A stretch of DNA of 64,000 nucleotides from Eledone cirrhosa (lineage: Eukaryota): positions 371,318,001 through 371,382,000 of the forward strand of contig OZ024740.1 of NCBI GenBank assembly GCA_964016885.1, in the 5' to 3' direction. Below are positions 39,982 to 52,482 of the stretch, one piece after another. Numbering within the stretch: the stretch's first letter is position 1; the number at the start of each line of letters is the position of its first letter. A program made the translations under genes and the position numbers. The notes below the pieces were generated by a model. That model made no database searches, was not told where the DNA came from, and saw only the letters and a list, made by a program, of their open reading frames with translations.

Positions 39982-40808
39982 TAGCAGCAGTACCCAACGT
40001 TGCCTGGGTAGGTAAAATAATATCTGCTTTGATGAAAAGGTGTTGACCTTAGTGACTGCTTCTCAATGACTCATCTATGGCCACACACAGGCCTTGCGGG
40101 GGAGGATGGTGATGACCTCTATCACTGAGAAACGCGCGTGACTGATGAAGGGCATGCTGGGTGAGGGAGGTAATGACCTCTAACACTAAGCCAAATTTCC
40201 TCACGCTACTTGATTGGAAACCGATGAATTCTCAAATACGCAACTAAAAGCTCAGACGACGTCAGTGGCCATCATTTTGCCTTTGAATCATCTATAAGAT
40301 GTGCAATGATAGGTTCTATCGTAGTATAAAAGTCGAACCAAATAAATTGATTTATGTGTGAGGTGGAGCCGAAGTTTCTAATTTGAATGAAATCGGTTGA
40401 AAAATGTGGGAGATAGAACCGAAAAGGCGGAAATTTGAGCGAAATGGTGGTATTTTCGAATATTTAAGTGGCTGCCACGCCGTTCCTGAACAAACAATCC
40501 AAAATGTAAAGCCATTACAGGATGTGCAATGATAAATTCTATTTTGCTATAAAATTTGAACAAAATCGGTGGCAAAATGTTGGAGCTAGAGCCAAAAATC
40601 TTATTTTTCGACACCTAAAAAAAGGTGACCCCCCCCCCCCCCCCCCCTATCGATTTTTATCTGCAGAATGAGCCCGGAATAAAAAAACGATATGATATAT
40701 GGAAATCACTCCCCGATGACTAATCTATGAGCTGGTAAAGTTTCATGAAAATCGGTCGTAAGATGTAGGCCCCTATAGGTAATACACAGACACACACATA
40801 CTTAATTT

Positions 40809-40820
<12 letters not shown>
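39981..40820 (-). mobile_element. Non-autonomous Helitron
   Basis: Minus-strand 3' end CCCAGGCAACGTTGGG-tactgctg-CTAG|T. 5' end TTTATATATATAAAA..tgtgtgtgtctgtg with accgattttcatgaaacttt, as in 20516-21639. Confidence 0.75.
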
Positions 40821-40843
<23 letters not shown>

Positions 40844-40845
40844 CG

Positions 40846-41172
40846 AAGGCACATGGCTTAGTGGTTAGAGCATTGGGCTTGCAATTGGGAGGTTGTGAGT
40901 TTGATACTAGGACCAGGTGATGCGTTGTGTCTTTGAGCAAGACACCTTATTTCACGTTGCTCCAGTTTACTCAGCTGTAGAAATGAGTTGCAAACATCAC
41001 TGGTGCCAAGCTTTATTGGCCTTTTCCTTTCCCTTGGATAAGAATGGTGGCATGCAGAGGGGGACACTGGTATGCTGGTATTCCACAAACAGCTATGCCT
41101 GGACTTGTGCTTTGGAGGGAAACTTTCTAAGTGCAAATCCCATAGTCATTTTTGACTTAAGGAGGTCTTTAC
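40846..41172 (+). mobile_element. Full-length CORE-SINE
   Basis: Same family as 32745-33080. Confidence 0.8.
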
Positions 41173-41962
41173 TCTATATATGTGTATGCAAAAGGCAAAC
41201 AGAAATAACAAAGCAAATGACACAGTACAATGAAAAAATATATTATTAGTTTTATGCTTGATATAGATAGCATAGATGCTATAACATAGAGAATAGAATG
41301 AAGACACTTAGAAGCTGGTATCTCAGAGATATGGGGTTCCCTTCCTCAGCCAATGGCAACTTTTTCCCTCTTTTAAGGGTCTTCACCCTATTTTAAAAGC
41401 TATTTTATATTTTATAGCATCTCTGCCCTGTATTTGAGCACATAACCTTTTATACTTACATATACAAGATTAATTGTATGCATTTCTGATGTTATTGCAT
41501 CCTCATCAGATAATAATTATACCAATATTTCTGTGTATGGAGGAAAATTGCTGTAGCAATTGTAAATGTCATGCAGAATATAGAAAATATGTGAAATTGT
41601 CCATTTTAATTTGCATGATATGCAATACTTATACTAGAACACAATGTATATTTCACTATTTTAAGGTAAACATAGTTTTCAAGAGTTTTTAGTTCATCTT
41701 ATCAACCCCAACACTTATTTGAGTCTGGCACATATCTTACCTTGGTATATTTATTGAATGACTAAGTTACCATTTTGACACAATAAACAAACACAGAGAC
41801 CCATCTCTCTATCAATCACAGACACACATGTGTGCACATACGTCTCACCACGTTCTGCTCCACAGTTGCTGTTTACTAAATTTCATGTATCCCAGTATTT
41901 AGAATAGGTACACTGTACCTCTGTATACTGTAAGAGATGTCCAGTTGTAAAACATTGTCTTA

Positions 41963-42820
41963 AAACATCCTGCCAGCATGCAAACATCCTGCCGGCATGC
42001 AAACATCCTGCCAGCATGGAAACATCCTGCCAGCATGGAAACATCCTGCCAGCATGCAAACATCCTGCCAGCATGGAAACATCCTGCCAGCATGGAAACA
42101 TCCTGCCAGCATGCAAACATCCTGCCAGCATGGAAACATCCTGCCAGCATGGAAACATCCTGCCAGCATGGAAACATCCTGCCAGCATGGAAACATCCTG
42201 CCAGCATGCAAACATCCTGCCAGCATGCAAACATCCTGCCAGCATGCAAACATCCTGCCAGCATGGAAACATCCTGCCAGCATGGAAACATCCTGCCAGC
42301 ATGGAAACATCCTGCCAGCATGGAAACATCCTGCCAGCATGGAAACATCCTGCCAGCATGGAAACATCCTGCCAGCATGGAAACATCCTGCCAGCATGCA
42401 AACATCCTGCCAGCATGGAAACATCCTGCCAGCATGGAAACATCCTGCCAGCATGGAAACATCCTGCCAGCATGGAAACATCCTGCCAGCATGGAAACAT
42501 CCTGCCAGCATGCAAACATCCTGCCAGCATGGAAACATCCTGCCAGCATGGAAACATTCTGCCAGCATGCAAACATCCTGCCAGCATGGAAACATCCTGC
42601 CAGCATGGAAACATCCTGCCAGCATGCAAACATCCTGCCAGCATGGAAACATCCTGCCAGCATGGAAACATCCTGCCAGCATGGAAACATCCTGCCAGCA
42701 TGCAAACATCCTGCCAGCATGCAAACATCCTGCCAGCATGGAAACATCCTGCCAGCATGCAAACATCCTGCCAGCATGGAAACATCCTGCCAGCATGGAA
42801 ACAACCTGCCAGCATGGAAA
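41963..42820. repeat. 19-bp minisatellite AAACATCCTGCCAGCATG(G/C), about 45 copies
   Basis: Directly visible and spacer-free. It explains the six long pseudo-ORFs. Confidence 0.97.
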
Positions 42821-44275
42821 AGTAGACCTAAAAAACAATGATGGTGAGAATACTGGTTAACCCAATGCTAAAGTAGAAACATCCTGTCTAATGTGGTGCA
42901 CATGGTTGCAAAGAAAACTACTCAATCATAGTTGCCTGCATGAGAAAGATTGTCTCAAAACAACCTGTCCATGTCAGCATAGAAAAGTGGGTGTAAAAAC
43001 GTTAATGACAATATTTTACAATCATCATCATCATCATTTTAATATTCACTTTTCCATGCTAGCAGTGGTTGGACAAGACATTTAGAGGAGATATTTTACA
43101 GCTAGATGCTCTTCCCGATGCCAACATGATATACTACCATACAGTATACCTATTCTAAAAGCCAGGATACACACAATATCTGTTTATTCTGATAATAATT
43201 TTTTCTTATAATCTAGTATTTGATTAGTAATCAGCACTCTGCAATAACATTTCTAAATGAGACATCAAATACTCATACAATATAAAGTTAACATAAATAA
43301 TTTTATAGCTTTATCAAATAGCAAGAATGAATAAATATTTCTGTAGAGAAGTAATTTATAAAATTTATACACTAATTTTTTTCTTATTAGTGTGGAATAT
43401 TATAATTGTTTTACATATACATACAAATGCATATGTCGTTGTCATCATCATCATCATCATCATCATCATTTTACACCTGCTTTCCATGCTGGTATAGACG
43501 GGATAGATTGTTATTGTCTGAGTCAGTTCCTTTTTGGAGTTACTGCCTTCCCAGATAGGCTGGAAACCCACCTCTGGCTCATATGCTTCATTTTTATCAT
43601 GGTTTCTATGGCTGGATGCCTTTCCTGATACCAAGTACTCTACAGAATATACTAGGTATGTTTTATTATGGCACCTACACCAGAAAAATTGCCTTGACTC
43701 TGGCAAGGATAGAATCCTTTCCACTCTATGTAGTCTTCATTGTTTCAAGGCAAATATGATCAAGTGACTGAATGGAATGGGAGTGATTAACAAGAGGTTG
43801 AAAGAATATAAATGTGGAAGAAGAAACAGTGATAGAATGGTGTGTGTGCCTTGAAATAATGACAAAGATATTTTGGGCCTCAACCCAACTTCATGGAACC
43901 TGTTGACCTGATTGATTTTGACACAATGATAAATAGATGAATTTACATGAACTAATATTACATGAACTAATATTTATTAGATTATTAGCTTTTTTTTTTT
44001 TATATATTTCATAGAATAATAGTTACAATTGCTGTTGGTGGTAAACCATAAACCAAAGTGCCTTGCAGTATTTATCCTGGTTCCTTGAGTTCTGAGTTCA
44101 AATTCTACGAAGGTAAATTTTACCTTTCGTTATTCTGGAGTTGTTAAATAACATATCAGTTTATGGTGGTGGATTAACAGAGTTGATACAGTGTATTTGG
44201 GTTGACTATTTGTTTTTGCAGTTTAAAACCTACCTTGACATACTTGTGTGGAAGACTAAAATGGTTATTTATTTC

Positions 44276-44318
<43 letters not shown>

Positions 44319-44498
44319 TATGTATACTTACATTTATGTATCAGCTGTGCTAGGGCGAGAAATAAAATTCTAATTTTATTTTTAATATTTGGCAAGGCTA
44401 GCCGTAACTCACTTGGTATGCAAATGAGGCTACTCAGCCGATATGTACTTAAGAAAATACTATATATTTTCAACCGTTCAACAGACTGGTAGAGGTGT

Positions 44499-44541
44499 AC
44501 AGTCCTGATGAAGAGTAATGACCCAGAAACATGTTGATTGT
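44499..44541 (+). ncRNA. Type I hammerhead ribozyme motif (P2 partly decayed)
   Basis: P1 ACAGTC/GATTGT, CTGATGA, P2 AGAGT-AATG-ACCCA, GAAA, palindromic P3 ACATGT, GUU site. Confidence 0.65.
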
Positions 44542-44680
44542 TTCTCAAAACCAGTGTGGAACAAAAAGGTGACGATTGGTCACTGGCACAACACAGCTTC
44601 AAATCGGGCCGTTTGTTTATAAATGAATGAGAATATTATATTAGTGTTTGATATAACCCATACATATATATATATATATA

Positions 44681-45014
44681 TTCATTTCATTTTTTACGTC
44701 TGCTTTTCCCTGCTTGCAAGAGTGAGACGGGAACTGATTCTGGCTTGATTTCTACAGCTGGATGCCCTTCCTAACACCAACCTCATTTACAGTGAGTGCT
44801 GGGTGCTTTTTTGCCGTGGCACTTACACGTCCACTTTGCAGTGGAATGATAGGGACCCCAGTCCCTATCATCTCATTTCTACAGCTGAGTAAACTGGAGC
44901 AATGTGAAATAAAGTGTCTTGCTCAAGGAAACAACACATCACCCGGTCTGAGAATTGAACTCACAACCTTTCGATTGCAAGGCCAATGCTCTAACCACTA
45001 AGCCATGTGCCTCC
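44681..45014 (-). mobile_element. Chimeric CORE/RTE SINE inserted in the hammerhead-bearing unit
   Basis: Reverse complement of 39554-39895. Absent from the inverted duplicate at about 47.0 kb. Confidence 0.8.
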
Positions 45015-45016
45015 AT

Positions 45017-45066
<50 letters not shown>

Positions 45067-45741
45067 ATGTATGTACGTGTGCATACTTACATTTATGTAT
45101 CAGCTGTGCTAGGGCGAGAAATAAAATTCTAATTTTATTTTTATTTATATATATTTATTTATTTATTTATTTAATACAGAAGACCCAACTTCCCACGGGA
45201 ACAAGCCAAAGCTGAAACATATAGACAATACGCCCCCCATCCCCTCCCACTGCAAAGTGGTCATGGAGGTGTCAAGAGAAAAAAAAGCATTTCTGCCATC
45301 ATTATTCCCACCACACATATCTAACCATCAAAACGTTAGATATCATCAATTATGGTGCGTTTGTTTGTTTGATTGACTTGGGGATTGACTTTATTGACTG
45401 TGTTACTCTAGCATCTCAGCAACTACTGTAACTAAGAATTCTGAATGTTCTCAGAATGATTGCAATGCAAATTAAAATAATAGAAATTGGTTTTGCTTTT
45501 CAAAATGGTATCTGTTTAGAAAATTATTCTAGTTTTAATTATATAGATACAGTTCAACACTATTCAGCATGTCATATTTGGAGTAAACTACAGACAATAA
45601 ATGAAACAAAATTAGTTGCACTTTGTCAGGGAAAAGGACACTATCCCTCATCTTCACCAGAGGTGTGTGTGTGTGTGTATATATATATTAATAATAATTT
45701 TGAAGACCAAACAAAATTAGAAGAGGGCTCAATAAGGATTG

Positions 45742-45785
<44 letters not shown>

Positions 45786-45945
45786 CAAGATGTATGGTAG
45801 GTCGTATGTGAATCGCGATGATCACGTCTGACCTACCAAATATGTGACGGTAGCTAGTTAAGCTGCTGATGTATACCACAATTTCAAACTGCTAGCCTTG
45901 AGTGATACGTTGATGTAAATAATGATCTTACAATCACATGTTATA

Positions 45946-45992
45946 TGCCTTGAACAGTCCCACCATAAGGTCGGACGAAACGGCTGTCGGCA
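45946..45992 (+). ncRNA. Hammerhead-fold motif with mutated core, in a (TA)n-flanked 260-bp element (45782-46040)
   Basis: P1 TGCC/GGCA, core TTGAACA (vs CTGANGA), P2 GTCC-c-ACC ataa GGT-c-GGAC, GAAAC ggct GTC. Confidence 0.55.
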
Positions 45993-46094
45993 ATAAACTT
46001 GTTATAATGTCATAATAGTTCCTTTGTTCTTTTTCACTAATATATATATATATATATATCTAAACCCGTAGAGCAAATATTATTATTAGTACAG

Positions 46095-46279
46095 TGGTGG
46101 TGGATTGGCAGTATCGGTAGAGAGTCGGACGCCATGCTTTCCAGCATAGTTACGTCCCTTTACGGTCTGAGTTCAAATCCCATCGAGGTTTACTTTGCCT
46201 TTCATCCTTACGGGGTCGATAAAATAAAGTACCAGTAATGCACTGGGTAATTGCTGGCCTTGTGCCTAAAGTAGAAACA
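46095..46279 (+). mobile_element. Full-length Meta-domain SINE with 16-bp TSD
   Basis: ATTATTATTAGTACAG occurs at 46079-46094 and 46280-46295. A/B boxes present. Confidence 0.85.
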
Positions 46280-46436
46280 ATTATTATTAGTACAGATTAA
46301 GTTTAAGCAATAATCACTGCTTTCACCCTATTACAGGATCTTATGAAACTGATTGATTTTTTCAGTTTCAGAAGGTCGTATAATAGGATGAAAGCAATGA
46401 TTCTTTGCTTAAACTTTGTACTAATAAATAAATAAA

Positions 46437-46777
46437 TCATCATCATCACCGTTTTATGTCCATTCTTCCATGCTAGCATGGGCTAGACGGGTTGTCCTGT
46501 TGTGAGCAATATTAGGTCGAGTGACCTTGTCTTGCTCATACGGGAACTGATTTTGGCTTGATTTCTACAGTTGGATGCCCTTCCTAACATCAACCTCATT
46601 TACAGTGAGTGCTGGATGCTTTTTTTCCGTGGTGCTTACAGACCACTTTACAGTGTGGGCTGGGTGCTTTTTTGTCTTGACACCTCCATGAACACTTTGC
46701 AGTGGGAGGGGATGGGGGCATATTGTCTATATGCTTCAGCTTCAGCTTGTTCCCGTGGGAAGTCGGGTCTTCTGTAT
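46437..46777 (-). mobile_element. RTE LINE 3' end
   Basis: Same family as 56-471 and 2888-3266. Confidence 0.75.
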
Positions 46778-46875
46778 TAAATAAATAAATAAATAAATAT
46801 ATATAAATAAAAATAAAATTAGAATTTTATTTCTCGCCCTAGCACATAGATACATAAATGTAAGTATGCACACGT

Positions 46876-46934
<59 letters not shown>

Positions 46935-49900
46935 CACACACACGCATATATATATATATATATACACACACACATATATATATATTTATACACACACATA
47001 TACATATATACTTGTGGGTTATACATATACATATATACGTATGGGTTATATCAAACACTAATATAATGTTCGATTCATTTCTCGCCCTAGCACAGCTGAT
47101 ACATAAATGTAAGTATGCACACATACACACACACAAACAAACACACACACACACATATATATATGAAATAAATAACCATTTTAGTCTTCCACACAAGTAT
47201 GTCAAGGTAGGTTTTAAACTGCAAAAACAAATAGTCAACCCAAATACACTGTATCAACTCTGTTAATCCACCACCATAAACTGATATGTTATTTAACAAC
47301 TCCAGAATAACGAAAGGTAAAATTTACCTTGGTGGAATTTGAACTCAGAACTCAAGGAACCAGAATAAATACTGCAAGGCACTTTGGTTTATGGTTTACT
47401 ACCAACAGCAATTGTAACTATTATTCTACTATTGTAACTATTATTAAACAATGATTATGATGATTCTATGAAATATATAAAAAAAGCTAATAATCTAATA
47501 AATATTTTTCTCTTACCAGTTCATGTAATTCAGCTATTTATCATTGTGTCAAAATCAATCAGGTCAACAGGCTCCATGAGGCTGGGTTGAGGCCCAAAAT
47601 ATCTTTGTCATTATTTCAAGGCAATTAAATTCTATTATTTCTCATTTTTTAGAAACTATTTCCAGTTTCTTTATTCTTTTTTTTTATCAATAGAGGTATT
47701 TTTTTATTCACAGAAACTAGTTCTTGATTTTTGATATTTATTTTTATGTATTATCCAGTAATTTATTTTAGATGAGAATGTTTTAAATTGGCTTCCTCTA
47801 TATCAGAGATGGCAAAACATTTAAACCTATGTTTAAATTTAGATTTTTTAAATAATCCTGTTATTAAAATTTCACTTATATGTATGTATCTATTTTAGTT
47901 TTAAGTAAATGTTTAAAGATGAACAACATATATTTCTAATATATTTATATAACTATGAATTTCAATAGAATATAACTTGAGATTTCAAAATATACTTATG
48001 AAAGCAGGATAATGAAGTGAAATTAAAAAGGTTACTGTAATCTTAATGATCTTTTTGAAAATCTATCACATGTCATCTAAATGTATCGTTTGTGATGCAC
48101 ATGTCATAGTTACACCCACTATCATTACTTATCCTCACCAGCCCTTCTGTTTCTACAGGGATCAATCTCAATCTATAGAAAAACACTTGTGTCTTATTCT
48201 TAAGAGGCAACCGCTGTAACATTGTCAGCTATCAATCTGTTTGCTTCCTCACTTCTCCAAATCTCTAAGGTGATAGACATAGTCATAAAGAACTCTGCTA
48301 CTTTCGTCCCATTAAATTTCTCTTTGCCTCATTCACTGCTATTTCTGAATAACTTCTACTGTTATTACACTGACTTCTGCTTCTCTGAACTAGTACTCTG
48401 CATACCCCTTCCATCGAAGACTACCTGATGCATCTGTCACTTCTCTCATCATCCTTAAGTTTTCTTTTTTCTCACACAAAATGCTTTGCTCAATCATTCT
48501 TTCCAAAAACTGTAATTCTAGAAATCTCAACCCACCCCAACCAGCTTCTTTCCAGCAGATATTGACCTGCAGATGTTCAAAATGGACATTAATTGCATCA
48601 ATATTATATGTCTGGGCTGATCTGCAAAGGTGATCGATGATTAAGAAAAAAGAAAATACAGATTAAAAAAAAATCCCGGTGAACAAATTTAATGCTACAT
48701 TTCATTTCTAAATTCATTATTGAGAAGTTATAATTAACCTGTTTTACTAATCTTTATTCCTAATAGGAATGTTTAAATCATGCTGAAGGATGTTATTAAG
48801 CATTCAAAACAAGGTTATAATTAGTAAACATTAACTTGTTTCAATGTCAGTTTGGAATAAAGTTTAGCTATTTTGAAACAGAAGTTTGAACTACCTTATA
48901 TATTACTAATACAATTGTATATCTACACAAACCTTATCACTTTTTCTTAAGCACTCTTTTTCATTATCTCTCTCTCATATTATCATCATCATTTTATATT
49001 TGCTTTTCCATGTTGGCATAGATTGGAGGGGTTGTTATCTGACAAAGTTGGAGTGACTGTCTTTTGAGATGGGTTGGAGGTCCATCTTTCACTAAATACA
49101 TTCTTTATTTTTGGTTTAGTTACTATGTTTTTTCTAATGCCAACCATTTTATTGTAACACTGGGGACTAAAGAGGTTTTTATACTAGTGAGATATAGGCC
49201 TTGAATGAAGAAGATTTGTGATGTCTAAAAAGAAATAAAGTGAGCATACTTCAATGGATGAGTAATGTTAGTATGCATTAATGATGGTGCACAATTGAGC
49301 TGAGTGATAAGCTGGATATAAGAGAAATCAGGTATAGTTTGCAAGAATGAAGATGTCATTGACACTGGCATGTGATATGTATGGAGAAAGACAGTTGTAT
49401 AAAGAATTACTAGTTACTTAAAATGGTTGGAGCTTGTGGTAGAGGGAGATCAAACAAGTACTTCTTTTTACATCTGCAAGATATTCCATCATACAAGGTT
49501 GGAAGTCTAATCTGTAATTGAAAAGTAATTCATAAGAAGTTGCTAAGATATTCAAGATTGAGTGGTTGTTTCTTTGTCTTATGATTATTCAGAAATTTCT
49601 ACATATGAAACTTCATGACATGATATATAACCACTTAAAGGGGTATTTGCTGGCTGTGGTGATGCCTTCCAAACATCTTTTGTAATGTATCATCTTATTG
49701 GCTAATTTCATCGTCTTATTGGCTAATCAACCAACGAGAGTAATTGTTGCTCAAAAGCATCCGCCACTTTGTTTCCACGTTTATTTATCGTTTCGCTTTC
49801 AAATCTTCCTCCAGTATTTCGTTGTTTTATCATCAAAATATTTTTCTCGTTTTGGTAAGTTATATTGTTAATTTATATGATTTTTTTAATTTATATTAAC

Positions 49901-50064
49901 TATTAAAAGTCTGAAAATATTTTTATACATCTTACAATAATATTTATAAGATTATTTATAAAATAACAATTATTTAATCTAATTACATTACAATGATAAT
50001 TTATTATTAATATATATCATGTTTAACTAGAGTTATTATAAGCGTTGCCTTAAAAAAATATTAA

Positions 50065-50511
50065 ACTAAACCTGAAAAATGCGCAAGCTCAAAAGAGCCA
50101 CAGAATGTTATAATAAACCTTCAAAAGTGTGGGACTAGAGTTGTTGCTCAAAAATATTGTAATCATTATCTATCGTACACTCTGTGGCATCCTTTTATAA
50201 AAAAGAGACTCATAACAAACTCTAGACAACACAATAATTATTTAAGTGAATTTATAATATAGAATTCAGTTTAAGTGCATTTCGTATTAATCATTACTAA
50301 ACATCTAATATGAGATATTGAACATTAGCTTAAATAATTATCGTGTCGTCTTGAGTTCGTTATGAGTCTCATTTTTTATAAAAGGATGCCACAGAGTGTA
50401 CGATAGATAATGATTACAATATTTTTGAGCAACAACTCTAGTACCACACTTTTGAAGGTTTATTATAACATTCTGTGGCTCTTTTGAGCTTGCGCATTTT
50501 TCAGGTCTAGT
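50065..50511. repeat. Long inverted repeat (arms about 180 bp, spacer about 85 bp)
   Basis: acctgaaaaatgcgcaagctc...aattatttaag pairs with cttaaataatt...gagcttgcgcatttttcaggt, with few mismatches. Confidence 0.9.
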
Positions 50512-51356
50512 ATATATATATATAGTCCTGCCCATGCTAGCATGGAAGATGGACATTAAATGATGATGATGATGATGATATATATATATATATATATATC
50601 ACATACATTATTATACTGTTCATGATATACAATAAACTGCAGAGTTACCATATGATGATCTTGGAGATAGAGAGGAAATATTTTTACTTCCTGAACACTG
50701 TTTTCCCTTTTTTCGCCTTGTTTTTGAAAAAAGACCACTGTCCTAAACATTGAATTCTTCTCCATTCCTTTCTTCACAGTGTAGTTCTATTATTATTGTG
50801 CTGTTTTTTATTTACTTTGCAACTCTACTTGCATATTCCACTACCATGCTGCTGCAGACTAGTCAGATTATCACTGAATTAACAAAACACACACACACAC
50901 CAATGACTCACTTTACACACACACACGACTCACTTTCTCTGCTCCTTCCACCTCCCTCTCTGGAATATCATCACTATCCATGATTTAACTTTTCTTTCTT
51001 GTTATTTCAGACATTTTGAAGCTGCTGAACCACGTCTGCTGCGAGTCAGTATGAATTCATTTATAGACCATTTAATCCTTGTACAACAAACCATAAACAA
51101 GTTTGGCCCACCATTAAATTGATAAAGGAGAAAGAAAGAGAGTAAGAAAGAGAAGTTCTCACTGTGATCTTAGCCATCTTTTAACAAAGAACACAGATGG
51201 CTGCATTTAAACTACTACCACTGTCACCAACATGATTACCAGACGCACACTCATTACTTGCAAGCTCTACCACTGCCACTATTACTACAATTAATCAAAT
51301 TCCTGCAACTCTGTGTGTATGATAATGTTATATATATATATATATATATATATACT

Positions 51357-51420
51357 CTCTCGGGTCCCAAATAACAGGGGGTGTTGGAATAAACAAGGGG
51401 ATTATTCAAGACCCGAGAGT
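51357..51420. mobile_element. Tiny MITE-like inverted repeat
   Basis: CTCTCGGGTC...AATAA at the left end and TTATT...GACCCGAGAG at the right end, next to (TA)n. Confidence 0.4.
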
Positions 51421-52280
51421 TAGTATATTTATATATATATATATATGCTTAGAATATGATAAGCATGTCTTAAGTTGTTTAAACCAAGACTTTTTTTTAT
51501 AGAAATATACACAGTATTGCACATAATTGAAGAATTATTTGCAAAGAAATATTTTTTCTCTGTTGTTATCCTAAGAATAATATAATTAAAGTCCTTCACT
51601 AAGGATACCATTTACAGTTAAAGTAGTAGTTTATTGTGTCTGAAGGATGATTGAGCTTTTGAATAAAATTATTTGCCAATATATGTTTATATTGAGTTCT
51701 AATTTGCTTAAAATTATTTTAACATGCACCCCCACATGTTCATAAAATGACGAATATTTATGCAGACCACAGCATATATTAGAACATTTCTGATAAATTT
51801 AATGTAGATATAACTACAATTTTTAAATTAGAAGATTTTCTGTGAGAAGAAAGTGTAAAATATACTTTCTACTATGCTCTCTGTACACACATAAGAGGTT
51901 TTCATTTCAGAGATTATTGTTTCTTTATCACAAGATGACTACACTTATGATTCTGCTTGTTATCTAATCTTTATAACATTGCTCTGTGTCAAGTAACATA
52001 ATTAAATAGTAAATATTCATGCAGAACAAAGATGTATTAGAAGATTTAAGATGAATTTAATGTAGATTTGTATTAGAAATGCACTTCTTGGGAAGAAATG
52101 CAGGAGGCAGTGAGACAGATGAGAATTGATAAGGTCCCTGGCATTGATGGATTCGCTTTAGAAATTTTTTTTCTGGAGGTGAAAAGTTGACTGGCATGAT
52201 TCATCACCTAAATGTGATATTTGGCAGGGATTGCCCATCCACCAAATTTGGAAACTCGCTATTATTTTGTCATTGTATAG

Positions 52281-52482
52281 GATGGTGGATTAGCAGTATT
52301 GGTAGAGCGTTGGACATTATGCATTGCGGCATATAGTTACAACTCTTTCCTTTCTGAGTTCAAATCCCACCGAGGTTAGTTTGCCTTTCATCCTTATAGG
52401 ATCAATAAAATAAAACACGAGTAACGTACTGGGGTCAATTTAATCCTTAAAAAATGTTGGCCTTATGCCTAAATCAGAAACC
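52281..52482 (+). mobile_element. Meta-domain SINE within a decayed RTE relic (about 52110-52850)
   Basis: B box GAGTTCAAATCC and flanking ATTATTTTGTCAT direct repeat. The flank reads KVPGIDGF..EIF. Confidence 0.6.

Larger units (their letters stand above)
43847..47622. repeat. Inverted segmental duplication: 43847-45290 vs 46665-47622
   Basis: 43847-44362 is the reverse complement of 47078-47622, 44620-44665 of 47036-47078, and 45060-45290 of 46665-46885. Confidence 0.85.

Noticed and set aside
41883-42860. Six ORFs of 270-310 aa and a CRISPR-like regular array
   Set aside because: Pure 19-bp tandem repeat with no spacers and no cas genes. The unit simply lacks stop codons.
50065-50511. 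Possible hammerhead in this palindrome
   Set aside because: No CUGANGA/GAAA pair with supporting stems found on either strand.
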